DNA from: Sphaerodactylus townsendi
Lineage: Eukaryota
NCBI RefSeq assembly: GCF_021028975.2
Contig: NC_059438.1
Span: 21,080,001-21,144,000 of the forward strand
Reading direction: 5' to 3'
DNA length: 64,000 nt
Part shown: positions 35,301-48,500 of the stretch, one piece after another
How positions within the stretch are numbered: the stretch's first letter is position 1
Layout of the letters: every line of letters starts with the position of its first letter
Notes under the pieces: model-generated
Told to the model about the DNA's origin: nothing
Database searches by the model: none
The model's input: only the letters and a program-made list of their open reading frames with translations
Translations under genes and position numbers: made by a program

Positions 35301-38300
35301 CAAAAATAACATGAGATCCACCCCATTACAAAACCTCTAATAAAACCATTAACACAGTAAAAAACAGATCTTGCATCTAGACAATAACTGATAGGAGCAA
35401 TAATGAACAAAATGCTGTAGTATTACCCTATGGCTTGTTCCTAATGTCTCCCTATAGGTGTCTGTTGCCAAGGATATATGCAGAAGTGTCTGTCCTTTGC
35501 ATATACGCACTGGAACTCTCTCTTAACAGAATCCAGCCACAGCCGTGGTGCCCTGTGGCTTCTGATCATATATGTTCAGTAATGGTTTCTCTCCTGTTCT
35601 GCTCAGGCAGATGATGACCAAATTTTAGGCTTCCATCAGACCTTTTTGTTGAAAAGCCTACAATGTGCCTGGGTGTGCACCAATGACGTCTTCAGGCTAG
35701 CCCTCCACAATGTTTAGCTTCGTCCACCTCCTACCTCTGATCTTCGCAGTCCTCACTCAGTAAGAAGCACTCCGCTTGCTGCTGTCACCGTGGTTGGTCC
35801 TGCAGTCTGAACAGCATGGCCATGGCTTGTGTGTTACATAAGCAAGGTTGTGGCTTTTGAAGCAAGCAGGTGGCATTGTGTTGCTGAGAATCTGAGAGGT
35901 TCTGTGCACAGTGAGCATTTGTGTTCTCTGTGCTTGAAACCTTTTGATCTTCAGCTAGTTTTGTGTATAGTAAACGTGTCTGCAATTTTTCTGTTAGTTC
36001 AGGGATCATACTGAGCCAAAGGTAGGTTAGATACAAACCATGGTCTGCATGTGCATGGAGTATTTCAAGTTGTAAGATAACTCCCTGCTTCAAGAAGCTT
36101 ACCATTTAAGTTTTAACAGCACCAGGGAGGTAACAGAAAGGCATGCCCAGCAAACAAGATGTGAATGTAAGCAAATCCATTTTTACCAACCTGGGCCTTT
36201 ACGTCATCTGGCTACGAGAATGAGTAGGTTAAGCCAGAGACTTTGCATAAAAAGACCTCTTGGAATATACAGCATGAACCAGTGGCTCCCTGCACCTTGA
36301 TGTGGTTGCTAACAGGCTGGGAGAGGAACTGAAGTTGTGCGGTTGTATGAAATCCTTGCTTGTGTGTAAGGGCTTTACTTTTCAGGAATTACTACTGTAT
36401 TGCCTCTTCCATGTGTCTGTACTTCTTACAGCATTCTAATTTGTTCCATTGTCTGAACAGAGAGGGATTCCACACAATATATGTCCATTTATGTGACAGT
36501 TTGGTGTAATGGTTAGTCTCAGACTTGGATCTGGGAACCTCATTACAGACAGCATGGTGTAGTGTTTAAGAGAAGGTGGACTCAAATCTGGAGAACCAGG
36601 TTTGATTCCCCACTCCTCCACCTGAGTGGCAGAGGCTTATCTGGTGAGCCAGATTTGCTTCTGCACTCCTACATTCCTGCTGGGTGACCTTGGGCTGGTC
36701 ACAGTTCTTCAGAGCTCTCTCAGCCCCATCTGCCTCACAAAGTGCCTGTTGTGGGGAGAGGAAGGGAAAGGAGCTTGTAAGCCACCTTGAGTCTCCTTAC
36801 AGAAGAGAAAGGTGGGGTATAAATTCAAACTCTTCTTCTAACTCTGCACTCCGCCATGGAAGCTCATTGGGTTAGTCATGTGCTCTCAGCAGGTAGCCTA
36901 CCTCACAGGTTTGTTGCAAAGACTAATGGAGGAGAGGAGGACAATGTAAGCCCCTTTGGATCCCCATCAGGAACCAAAGTGGTATATAAATAATGTAAAT
37001 AAATATATGTGTATGGTGACATACACATTCTATGGTGATAGAAAGGAATGTGACAGGTTTGTATGTTAAGAAGTTATGTCTGGGTCTGTATTTGCCTTGA
37101 GAGATTCAGATTCCTTGGAGCCAGAGCAGAAACTCTCCAGTCCAGGGTAAAATCATGTTTGACTGTGAAGGTAATCCAAAAGCCTTCTGAAGATCTGATC
37201 ATAGTTTGCCTTCTGTTCTTTTCATAGACATAGTGTGTCCAGACACTAGGCTTGCGAGATTAATTTATCAACTATATATATTTTTATTGCATGAGGAACA
37301 ACTATGGAAGTTGAATTGTAGGACAGTATATTTGTTTCTTCTTTTTTCTAGAATGAAGATGGTAGTAATTCTTTTCTTCTCTTTTGCCTTGGTGTGTCTT
37401 CAAGTAAAAGTGTTATCTTTAGATTGGTTGAGGCAAATTTTGTTGTAATGTAGTCAGAAAGGATGTTCGGCTTATGTTCTTGATGTCCTTTCTCAGCCCC
37501 CCCAAAATTGTTGAGCCTGTTCTAGCAGAAACACACATCCCCCCACCTCCCTCAAATACTTGGATGAATTTTAGTTTCCAGAGCCTTTTATCCTTTTGTA
37601 CCTTATATGGCTTGTTCTCTTTGTCTGTGAGTAGATTTGTTTCAACAAGGCTACAAATGTGGCTTGTGGGAATAGAAGATTCTTATTTTGTAATTCATCA
37701 GCATTGGGAGGAAGTTTAGCTGACTTCTGCAAATGACAGCAAAACTTAAGTCTGTTTGGAACTAATTACCATTGGCCAAACCCAATACTGCTTCATCAGA
37801 TGGCTTGTCCCAGATCAACAAACATTGTAACTTGCTGTCTTCCCTAAACAGAGACATTCTGTAATGTAGTTGAATTTGTTACACAGATGATGGAGAGCCC
37901 CATTTACAATTCTCATACACTGACTGGAACCCCTTGATAGAATATTTAGATAAAACCGGAAAAAATATTGACTAATGGTTTTGATGGTTCAGGATTGTTC
38001 ATTAAGGTCCTATAGAGAAAAGTGATTTTTTATTAATGATGATAAAACTTAATTTCATTTTGATGCTTAAAGGCCTAGTGCTGAAAGTGTAGGGTTTAAG
38101 TGTTAATATTTGGTGTAGAAGAAACTGGAAATCTATATGAAATAAAAAATATAATTTGGTGAATTTCTATAATTGTGTATGTTTTGAACTTTGATGTTGA
38201 GACTGGGGAAAAAATACAATTTTTATCAACCAGAAGAGCAGTGTGACGACAGTATGCCCTGTACACCACCCCAACATGGAGAAACAGTGGCATGTAATAT

Positions 38301-38907
38301 AGCCCCTTTAATTACCAGATTGCCTCTGATCATCTGCAGATATTTTTCCCACCTGCTAGGAGTGTTTTTTGATGCACTGGCATTCAACACTGGTGTGTTC
38401 CATCCCAGCTTAAGACACAAAACCCTGTGTCTGCACAATCTTGATATAGTTGTCATGAACAAGTTGTGTTTTAAAAATAAGACATTTGTTTCTTGGGTCC
38501 ATAGTTATGATAAAGTTATTCCGATTTCTAATGATGTTACCACTTTCTTGGAACATGGGGCAGGTGCCATTTAGAACAGAGCGCAGAAGAGTTGCATGTG
38601 GTTCCCAAGCCACTAAATAATTATCACTGCTCTAGTACTCTCAGGTCTGTCCAGTAATTCTGCATCGGGATTGTAAAAGCATGTCAGAACATCAATTGTT
38701 CTTGATAAAGGATGTATGTTGGCAGGAAATTTCCTTTCTGGAATTTATCTACTGGGCACAGAGGTTCTAAAACTCTTTTCTTTCTCTTCACAGGCTGATG
38801 AAGATCCTATTATGGGATTTCACCAGATATTTTTATTAAAGAACTTCAATGATGCTTGGGTTTGCACCAATGACATGTTCAGGCTAGCATTGCACAACTT
38901 TGGTTGA
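29249..38907 (+). CDS. NUTF2: Nuclear transport factor 2 (127 aa); coding exons 29249-29347, 33126-33197, 34938-35036, 38794-38907
   Basis: Spliced translation [23 protein letters not shown]...[37 protein letters not shown]; all GT-AG, phase 0. Confidence 0.98.
30201..30450. mobile_element. hAT-type MITE
   Basis: CAGGGTTTCCAAC...TTGGGAACCCCTG termini, perfect 8-bp TSD AGCTAACA. Confidence 0.8.
32641..32909. repeat. Tandem duplication, 2 x ~132 bp
   Basis: Near-identical copies start at 32641 and 32773. Confidence 0.9.
33126..33197 (+). CDS. NUTF2: NUTF2 coding exon 2
   Basis: [24 protein letters not shown]. Confidence 0.97.
33576..33708. mobile_element. Palindromic hAT-type MITE
   Basis: Same family as 4409-4554; GAATAGG direct repeats on both flanks. 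Confidence 0.85.
34938..35036 (+). CDS. NUTF2: NUTF2 coding exon 3
   Basis: [33 protein letters not shown]. Confidence 0.97.
35607..35717 (+). CDS. NUTF2: NUTF2 alternative (duplicated) terminal exon [36 protein letters not shown]
   Basis: Polypyrimidine tract plus CAG acceptor, phase 0, intact frame, 26/36 aa identical to the canonical last exon. Confidence 0.85.
   Translation, partial: ADDDQILGFHQTFLLKSLQCAWVCTNDVFRLALHNV
36549..36840 (+). mobile_element. Squam3-like SINE
   Basis: Family consensus, (CTT)n tail. Confidence 0.75.
38794..38907 (+). CDS. NUTF2: NUTF2 canonical terminal exon
   Basis: [11 protein letters not shown]...RLALHNFG*. Confidence 0.97.
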   Translation, partial: ADEDPIMGFHQIFLLKNFNDAWVCTNDMFRLALHNFG

Positions 38908-39319
38908 GACGGCATCCCCGAGGCACCTGTCATTTTTCTTTTCTCCTCCTTACAGATATTAATCACACTTATGGAACATTCCAAATATCATACACAAACC
39001 TGCAACACAGCAGCGCGTGGACGAGTGAGCGAGATCTCTGCGACCTGCCCTCTGAAGAGTTTTATGTTGTGTCACTAGAAGAGTTCCTTGTGCATGATGT
39101 TTGGAAGTTTAGACTTAGCTGCATTTGACAAGGGAAATGTGTGTCTTACCAGCATGCCTCGGGAAGCATCCATAACGCAAAAAAAGGTTGTGGTTCTATA
39201 CTGACAAGTTTCTCTAAATAACCCAAAGAAACAAAGAAAGGAGAGAAAAGAACAGCAGCCTGAATGCAGCTCAGATACTGGTTTTTTTTTTGTTCAGATG
39301 TTTCAGTGCTACATTATAC

Positions 39320-39325
39320 AATAAA
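39320..39325 (+). terminator. NUTF2 proximal polyA signal (distal candidate at 41123-41128)
   Basis: AATAAA ~410 nt after the stop codon. Confidence 0.5.
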
Positions 39326-41214
39326 ACCATGACATTTTCCTAATAGTTTAAATTGTTGGATATTCAGTCTCTAATTAGAGAGTTTCCTACTCTGAATACC
39401 TGTCTTGGGGACACATGGTTGAGCAAACCATTTGCAGCTCTTAAAACCTCCACAGGTGTGAGGAGCTACTTTTTCCCCATTTATTAAAGGCTTTAAATCT
39501 ACATTAATTGTTGAAGAATTTGCTCCAGATATTGGGGAAAAAAGGATATCATTCCTCCCCCTGAAATCATCATAACCAAGATGCATGTTCTGTGCAAACT
39601 AGACAGTGATGCTAAATGGCAAAGTATTTTTTTCAGTCTATTTTACGGACTTAGATGAAAGACTATGCATAAAAATTACGCAGTTTGGAACATGTACTAC
39701 TTTACGGACCTGTTTCTCAGCACTGAGCTCTTCAGATGCGGTGCATTCATACTAATTTATTTTATCTTGGTGCTCAAGTGTTGGGTCTGTATAGAACTTG
39801 GCATCTTAAATTGTTTACAGAGTTTTGCCCATCAAGGGATTTTGTTTGGAAATAAGCTCTAACAAGCCAGGGACATTGCTGACTACATCAGTGTGTTCCT
39901 TCCCATGGCTTGGCCTAAAATACTGTCTGCTTTGTATTTTTGCTGCAGCCGTCACATACCACTGGAAGACGCACTTCAGTAGGACGAATAGTGCCATATT
40001 TACAAAATGCTTAGCCATTTGGACAAGTGCACTTTCCCTTCTAAGGCTGATTTTCTGGGAGCAACAGAGGAAACGGGGTGGGCAGGGGGTTGAAGGTTTT
40101 TGAAATGGGCAGCAAGATGTAGAACTTAAGTGTGAGCTAAGCAGTCTCCACAGCCTCATGGTGGCCGGCGTACATATTCTAAACTTAAATGGAGCTGTTC
40201 TCAAGCTGTGTTAGGCACTTGAGTTGATGCTCCGTGTTTAGTTCCAAGTGCTGCTGAGGAACCACAAGAAATAGATCTGTCGTTTTTAATGGAGGGAAAA
40301 CCTCCAATAGCGGGGTTTCTTAATCAAGCCAGCTCTGCCTGCTGCCCAGAAGTGGCAGCGGTCCATACCGGCTCAGTGTTAGTGAGCAAAGAATGTCTGA
40401 GCAACCCTAAGAGCTGGAAACAAACAGTTGTTTCTAAAGCCCCTGAAACTTCCATCTGCTTTCTTCCTTCCAACGTGACCCTAAGTCTTCATATCTGGTG
40501 GATTCTTTGCACAAATCCGGTGCTTCCATCTATGAGACATCTAGAGGATTGCTACCGGTTTGAAAAGGCAGCCATTTTGGGGGAAACACAGCTGATGTCC
40601 GTTGGTGTTGCTGCTTCATGGCAAGCGCATTAATGATAGCAACCTCATTTGAGCTGCAAAGCTCAGGCGAGCATCCATATCTTGGTGTGTTTGTACAGCT
40701 TTACTTTGAGAAGCCCCAGCAATATCCATGGCATGCCCCAAGTTTGCTTTGGATTGCTGCCTTGGAAACAGAGGGATGGGTAAAAATAGCTCTCCCTTCA
40801 AGTCGATGGGGAAAGTTTTTCAAGCGCCTGAAATATTGCAGATGGTTGTGATGGAGGTCCTCCCATCCTACCAAGTTTTGAGTTGGATGTTGCATCGGCC
40901 TTAGCAAGAACAGGGTTAATAGCCACAGGAAAACAAAATGCCTTAACGAAAAAAGGGGGGGGGGGATGATCCGTGATTGGGAACAGGGAAAAACATGGAC
41001 AGCTGCTTTTATTTCTGCATCTGTAACAGCGATGACAATTTCTTCTGTAAATTGAATTTTACCTCTACATGTGCCTCCCAGTGCTAACTGCTGGTATTAA
41101 GGTCTTTTTATCCTGCCCCCCCAATAAAAAGACTGGAAATGGAATCATAGAGTTGGAAGCAGCCATACAGACCATTTAGTCCAACCCCCTGCTTAAAGCA
41201 GGATCAGCCTAAAG

Positions 41215-41348
41215 CAGTGGTGGCGAACCTTTGGCACTTCAGATGTTATGGACTACAATTCCCATCAGCCCCTGCCAGCATGACCAATTGGGGGCAGATG
41301 GGAATTGTAGTCCATAACATCTGGGGTGCCAAAGGTTCGCCACCACGG
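41215..41348. mobile_element. Palindromic hAT-type MITE inserted in a CR1 3' fragment
   Basis: 8-bp TSD GCCTAAAG. Confidence 0.9.
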
Positions 41349-44300
41349 GCCTAAAGCATCCCTGACCAGTGTTCATCCAGCCACTATTTGAAGACAGCCA
41401 GTGAAGGGGAGCTCGCCACTTCCGTAGGCAGCCAAAGCCACTGTTGAAACTATTCTCACTGTAAAAATTTCCTAATATTCAGCTGGTACCTTTCCACCTG
41501 TGCTTAACCTGTTATTGTGAGTTCTACCCTCTGTTACCAACAGGGAAGGAGCAAGGTCATGTAGCCAAACTGAGAGAAAGAGCTTGGTCAGCCCAGATTG
41601 GAGGTTAGAGAATTCATCCAGCTTGCAACTTTCAGTAGGCAAAAAAATTTTTTTTAACCACTAATGTGTACCCTTGAGGCATTATAAACTACAACATGAT
41701 GAAAGGATGTCTGATCTGGTATTGTCAGAAGGTGTGCTGATATAAACAAAGACTGTTAAATAGCTTGTTAAATAAATGGTGTGAATTCTTTGCTTGATCT
41801 GGTAGGGTAAAATGTAACCGAGCTTGAAGAACCTTCAAACCAAGTATACACACTTTGGGCCCCACCCCACACAGCCCAACCGCTTTGCCTTGAAGCTACC
41901 AGGTGTTTAGGTAACTTCCTGTCCTTACAATCCTAGACAAGAAGCAAATTTGGGGAATGCTTATTCAGCTCCTGTTGGGATTACCTGGGTTCAGGTTGGG
42001 ATTACCTGGGTTCAAAGTTCATAGGCTGGCTGTAGAGTTTGGGATCCTTTTCCTGCTGGTTATGAAAAGGCATAGAACTTTATGTGTGATGAAACTTGGT
42101 TATCACTTCACGGCCTTTCTGCTGAATTCATATAGTTACAAGAGATGTATGTAATGCTTTACCGCGGAGAACTGTAGCTGGGAAGTAAAGCAAACATTTT
42201 TGGGGGGTGTAGCAATTGGATTATGAAACAGCATAATTTTGTCAAGCTCTCAAAATTACACAGTAGAGACTGGTCAGTATCTGTTCAGATACTGTTCAGT
42301 ATTTACTGTGTAATTTTGGCATCTTAAGACTGTATCTGGTAAATGTATAAATAAAGATTCTGAACCATATTATTGGGGGTCAGTGGTAGAGCATCTGTTT
42401 GGCATGCAGAAGGCCCCAGGTTCAATCCCCGCCATCTCCAAGTAAAATGATCAGGTCATAGATGATGTGAAAGACCACTGCTTGGAACCTCAGAGAGCAG
42501 CTGTTGGTCTGATACTGATACTGACCTTGATATGGATGAATGGTCTAATTTAGTGTAAGGCAGCTTTATATTGTTGCTTTAAGCCCAAGCATGGAAACCT
42601 AAATAAAGCAAACAAAGAGGAAATTTTGGGTGTTGATGTGTTTTAGGGAAGTTATAAATGAGAAAATAGACTTTGTCTCTTTAAATTATTGGATGAGTCC
42701 TTCATGGTGTCCACTACTAGTTCATGCTGTTCCCTGTGACAAAAGGTGTTTGGAGGAGTACTGTATTCAACTATCACTACTATGATGGCGGTCTTTTTTT
42801 CCTATATCTTAAGTTTACGTGCTTCCTGGAAAGAAGAGTATGCTGTAGTAAGATAGCAAAACTTCACCCAGTCATCTCCACAATACATATGGTATACCTT
42901 CAGAATATGGTATCACATACCCACTGAAGGAAAATTCGATAGCTGATGTATGTCTACTGTTTATTAGAAACAGGAAGTTGTTCAGTTTCTTTTCTGATTT
43001 CAGCCTCGCCTATTTCAACAGAATGCTGTTGCTTTTAATTCTTTAGCTTCATTTCTGGGTTATGTATATTGTAAATGTAATATTTGGATACTTAATAGTG
43101 TAATAATTCATAATTGTGTAAGCATCCCATGCAGACTGCCTGAACCTGAGATTACAACGATTTGCAAGGGTTTCAAGACTGCTGAAGTAAGCAGATTTAA
43201 GTGAAGAGGGGAAGACTGAGGTTAAGAGGTGCTTTGTGTGTTGCAAAAGTCATAATTCTGGTCTGCTTCTGAGCCTGTACAAATGCAGCAGAACAATCCC
43301 TTTCTGTAGTATCACCATATCATTAGGAGGATGGGGACAATCTTTCTCCTATTCTTTGAGGTGCAGCAGAGATCCTGAATTTACCGTGTGGATATAAAAC
43401 TCCTCTCAGCCTCTCAGTAGTTCACTCTGAAGGGCAACAGCTTTCTCTGTCGTCATGCAGGGGTCTCTATCTTACTGAGCAGTGGGAACATTCAGAGCAT
43501 ATTCTGTTTTACTTCCCTGAACAGTAGCATGGTATTAAACTCGTCTGACAAATACCAACTCTTGTAATAACAGTCAATGAGAAATGTTAAACAAGTAAAT
43601 GAAGAAACTCTACTCAGATATTTTGTTTGTGTTCACTGCTGTGCAGCGATCCTGAAGAAGATGTGGTATTGGCTAGGACTGCAAAACAAAAAGCCTGACA
43701 TCCCAGTTGTTGAACGAACATCTGGAAAAAGAATATACCTCCCTTTAAAAGTGTGACCTTGCATCTTTCCAGACCTAGGATTCACCTTTCTCATACATTG
43801 GCATCTAATCCCACTGAGGCGCAAGTACATGGTTGGGAATTCATGCAACAAAAGGAGAGTGGCTGAAGTATAATCTCGCCAGTAACAAAGCCAGAGTTGT
43901 GGGTAGCAGGGTGAGATAAGTAACACAAACATCACCAGAAGGTACATGTAATAAGGAACAACCCAAGTGTCAGAGCTATGGAAAAATACCCTTCTTTATT
44001 GAGTGACCTCACTGTTCTGCTGCTCTTCTGGAGGCCAAGCAATGTTAACTCATCAGGCAATCTCTGAGCCATAATGATTTTCAATCAGATGAGCGGCAAA
44101 GTGCATGCTGGTATTAAAAGCTCTCAGAGGGCCGGAATCTTGGCACAGAGAAACACTGATGGAGACAATGTAAGAGGTGCTCTGCTAGATCAGCTGGGTT
44201 GCCAACATGAGGCTGGCGACTGGCCGGAGACAGGATGGTTACCAATTCTGAGTTGACAAATTACTGGAGGTTTGGAAATGAAGTTTGGGGAGAGTGGAGT

Positions 44301-44849
44301 TTGGCAGGAAAGGGACCTTAACAGGATATATCTCCATAGACTCCGCCCTTCGAAACAGGCATTTTCCCCAGGATAATTGTTCTCTGTCGTCTGGAGACCA
44401 GTTGTAATTCCAGGAGATCTCCCAGCCCCTCCTGGAGGGTAGCGATCCAACTAGTTTAACTAACCCCGTTTTGCACCTGGTCAACCCGTTGCCCAGGATA
44501 GGCAGCAAACAGAGTGTTATCTCCGAAGCTGCTATTTAGAGGTTCCTTGTCGTCTTAGCCAGTGGCAATTGATGGCCTAGTACTTTATCAACCTAAATTA
44601 CTATCGAAGATAATGCCCATCTCGTCCTATGCTGCAGTGCAAGTTAATAACTCGAGGGATTAATCTTCCATTTATGTGCCCAGTGGGCATCGCTAAGTTT
44701 ATTTTTTGAACAGAAGCCACGTCCAACCCATCCCATATCCAGATCTTTAGGTTTTGCTGGCACTCTGCTTCCAAACAAAGCCACAAGGACCACCTGTTGG
44801 AGGAATCTCTCAGCTATCTAGCATCTTTTACAAGACCTGCCTTCCACGC

Positions 44850-45560
44850 TTCCTTGCCTTTATTTTTCGGCCCGAACGAACAGCAGCCCTTTTTTCAAAG
44901 TGCAAAACCTTCGCCCCGCTCCTCTTCCCCCCGTTATTTTCCAAGCTTTGGATTCCTCTAGGGAGGAAAGAGGAACGAGAGCAACGCAGCAGCGGTTTCC
45001 GCTGAGGACTACTATGGGAATGGACCGGAAACGGAAGTAGGGCGGCTCGTTGGGGCTGGGCCTGTCCGGGCGGCGGCCGCGCGGGTGGCGACGGAGGCGT
45101 CTTTGGTGGCGCGCCATGGCCTCCGCCAGCATGGACATCGAGGACGCGACTCAGCACCTCCGAGACATCCTGAAGCTGGACCGGCCGGGCGGTGAGAGAC
45201 CAGCGGGCGGGCAGGGAGGGACCCTGCGGGGGCTCGGGAATGTTGCCTGCCGCCGGCCTCTTGCTCTGAGACCGGGGAGCCTTCTAAAACCGCGCTCCCT
45301 GCTTCCATCCTGGCACGCTGCCATGCACCAGAAGGGTGGGGCGTACCGTTGGCATGCATGGCAGCTCCGGGGGCGGCTGCTGCTGCTGCTGGAATGGCAA
45401 TCCGGTTTACTTTGGAGTAAGCCCCCAGTTGCACCCCAAATAAACCTGCCAGGGCTGTTCGATTGCAGCCCTCCGCGATGTGTTTTTTTTTTGAGGGAGC
45501 CTCCCATTGGTCGTACGCAGCGGGGCTTATTCCCGAGGTGGCTTGTGCAGCGTCTGGTTG
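44850..45560 (+). promoter_or_regulatory. EDC4 CpG-island promoter
   Basis: CpG-rich; tandem ETS motifs CCGGAAACGGAAGT at ~45025-45038. Confidence 0.7.
45116..45191 (+). CDS. EDC4: EDC4 exon 1
   Basis: GCCATGG Kozak; GTGAGA donor. Confidence 0.95.
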
Positions 45561-48500
45561 CGTAGGACGCGGTGATCTGTTGCATGCTTGTTTGGGACTA
45601 AGCTTCACTCATCTGTGTGTTACGAGTGAGCTTTCAGGAGGGGTAGGACATGATCAAACTGGGTGTGTGTGTGTGTGTCTCAGACTGGGTTCGAATCCCC
45701 GCAGTGCTCTTTCATCCAAAACTGTGAGGATAAGATTGAGGAAGGGGAGAAAAGTGCTTTGGACCCCCGATGGAGAGAAAAGCTAGAAACCCCAGCTGTG
45801 AGGTTTGGCTAAACCAATAAAAACACCTGGTTGATTAAAAGTAATTAAAAAAATTAAAAAGTACCTGGGTACATCCCACCTAGTACCATTGTGGATCGTT
45901 GGCTGTTACAGGGATGGCTTGTTCTTTGTACAGAGGGTGGGGAACGCAAACTCATTTATTGTGGGGGTTGGATATGACATCAGTTTGACGATCAGGTCAG
46001 TTCTTGCAGTGGGGGTGGCTGCCTCAGCTGGCCTCAGAAGGGCACTGGGGGATGGGCAGTGGGAGCATGGGGGGAATTCCTCAACTGGCTTACAGGCCTG
46101 ATAATCCCCACTCAATGGGCAGATTTGGCCTCTTGGCTGCATGTTTGACATCCCTGATGTACGGTGTTGGTGTCTTCTCCCCCTCCCATTCTTTTTCTGT
46201 TTGGCCTGTTTATTTTGGCCCTGGCATTTTTTAAAGCAGTGGTTCTGCAGCAATTAAAGCTTTCGAGACAGACAGTGGTGCCATGTTTTATTGCAAACCC
46301 TAGAGCTTTTTGGAAGCCAAGCTGCTCTAAGCCGGGTCTGATTGACCAAGCTGGCATGGAGCCTGAGATTCAGCATGGCTTTCTAGTACTTCTCTGCAAC
46401 TACCCTGTGGTTTAGTGCATCTTTGTTATGTTTTCTCTGTGTTTTTCTTTTATAGTCGTGTTCCTCCTTGTGTCAAACCCAGTCACCAGTCTCTGTACTT
46501 ACATGTTATTTGTCAGGCTAAAAGAAGAGCTAAGTAGATCTAAATTAATTGTATTCCGTTCTTGCTTGTTAGTTTTGTCACTTCATCTAACCGCTGCCTT
46601 TCACTCAAATGATGATCCAAAGTGGCTTATGTTATTCTGTCCTAGGTTGGGTTGAGAGTGTGTGATTGACTCAGGGTCATCCAGCAAGCTTCTGTGTCAA
46701 AGTGGGTATTTGAACTGGGTTTCCAAGATCCTCATCCAGCATTCTAATTGCTACTCTGGCTTTCATTTTTTGTTGACCGCAAGTCTGTACAAAACCAGCT
46801 TTTATTTGCATAGGATTTCCCCCCCAAAAATGTAACCTTCTATTCCAAACAAAAATGTAACCTTCTATTCCACTTAAGTTTTCCACTTTTCCAGAGAGCC
46901 ACTAATTTTGGTGGCGCTTGGTAGTCAACTGTTGCCTTATTATTAGCCAGCATTGAGGCTTGGCTTTCGTGCATCCTCATACACAGAAGCATGTATGTCT
47001 CTTTTGTTCCCACTGCCAACCTAGAAGTAGTGTGGTGTGCTCTTTATAGTGATCCCCTCCAGCCCATGACATTAAAGAAGCATGTTGGTGCAAGATGTTA
47101 GACAAGTACTACTGAGGTTCACTTTTTTCTGTGTTCTCGGTTGTTTCTTGAAAAAAATTGGGGTGGAGTATGTTTGTCACCACTGGCTACTTGATAACTA
47201 GTTTTATGGGACCCTCAACTGATGGTAGCACACAGATTTCTTCTCTGTCCTGTTCTTTGTTTTAGAGTGCCCTGCTTGGGTTTTAGGGCCTACCTAACAT
47301 AACTAGGTGGGCACTAGGACCCAAGTGGAGCATTCTGAAACAAAGATGAAGTTACCTACTTAGTTCTTTTAGTTTAAAAGGGTATAGTAGTGGTATTTCT
47401 CAAGATAAACTCCAGCCGAACACCCCCGTCTCTGTTGTGCTTGGTTGGGAGGAGGTGCTGGTTGCTATTGGGTACACTGACATGTTTACCAGAACTTAAG
47501 CAAAGGCACTGCTGATAAGTCCCTCTCTCTAAATTTCTAATTCTTTCACCAGAGTTGTGGGAAGGAATTTCCTCATTTAAATCACTGGCTTAGAGAAAGT
47601 GAGGGTTGCTCGCAGTAGTGTTTTCTTCTAGGATTAATAAGGTGGGAGAGAGCGAGTATGTTATGGACATGAGCTCAGTTTGCACAGTTACTTGTGCAAG
47701 AAAGGAGGGAAAGCATTTTTCTATTTTTTCCTCTTTTCACAAAACCCTTGAGAAAAGAGAAAGTCGTTTGCAGCTGGGTTTTCGGTTCCTTCAGCAAGTA
47801 GGAATTTTATGTTTCAGCCCTGCCTGTCATCGCAAAACTTAGATAAACTGTGGTTTGTGATTGACCAGCAAACCACATTTAGAAACCACGCAGTAGTGAC
47901 ATAGGAGGTTAAGAGCTCGTGTATCTAATCTGGAGGAACCGGGTTTGATTCCCCACTCTGCCGCCTGAGCTGTGGAGGCTTATCTGGGGAATTCAGATTA
48001 GCCTGTACACTCCCACACACGCCAGCTGGGTGACCTTGGGCTAGTCACAGCTTCTTGGAGCACTCTCAGCCCCACCTACCTCACAAGGGCGTTTGTTGTG
48101 AGGGGGGAAGGGCAAGGAGATTGTAAGCCCCTTTGAGTCTCCTGCAGGAGAGAAAGGGGGGGATATAAATCCAAACTCTTCTTCTTCTTTCAAGTTTGCT
48201 GCAAGCCATCCTTCATGCTCACTGTGTTTTGACATGATATATGAATTGATAAGCTGTAGTTATGGTCATTGCTCTGACCTCAGACTGATGCACGAAGGAG
48301 GCAGGAATGACTTGATAGTGGGGATGGAATAGCAAAATGAATGCAGCTCCAAGCTGTGGTTTGCTCATTGAATGTTGGGAACTTCGAATCATGGTGTGGC
48401 CTGATATCTGAATTGCTACCCTATAGTCCTACAGCCAGTTAAGTAGAATAGATGGTGAAATCTCTGATAATTCAATTTTTCACTTCCTCCTTTGGTATCA

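Noticed and set aside
45012-45786. ORFs over the EDC4 CpG island beyond exon 1
   Set aside because: Read-through into intron 1 or antisense GC artefacts
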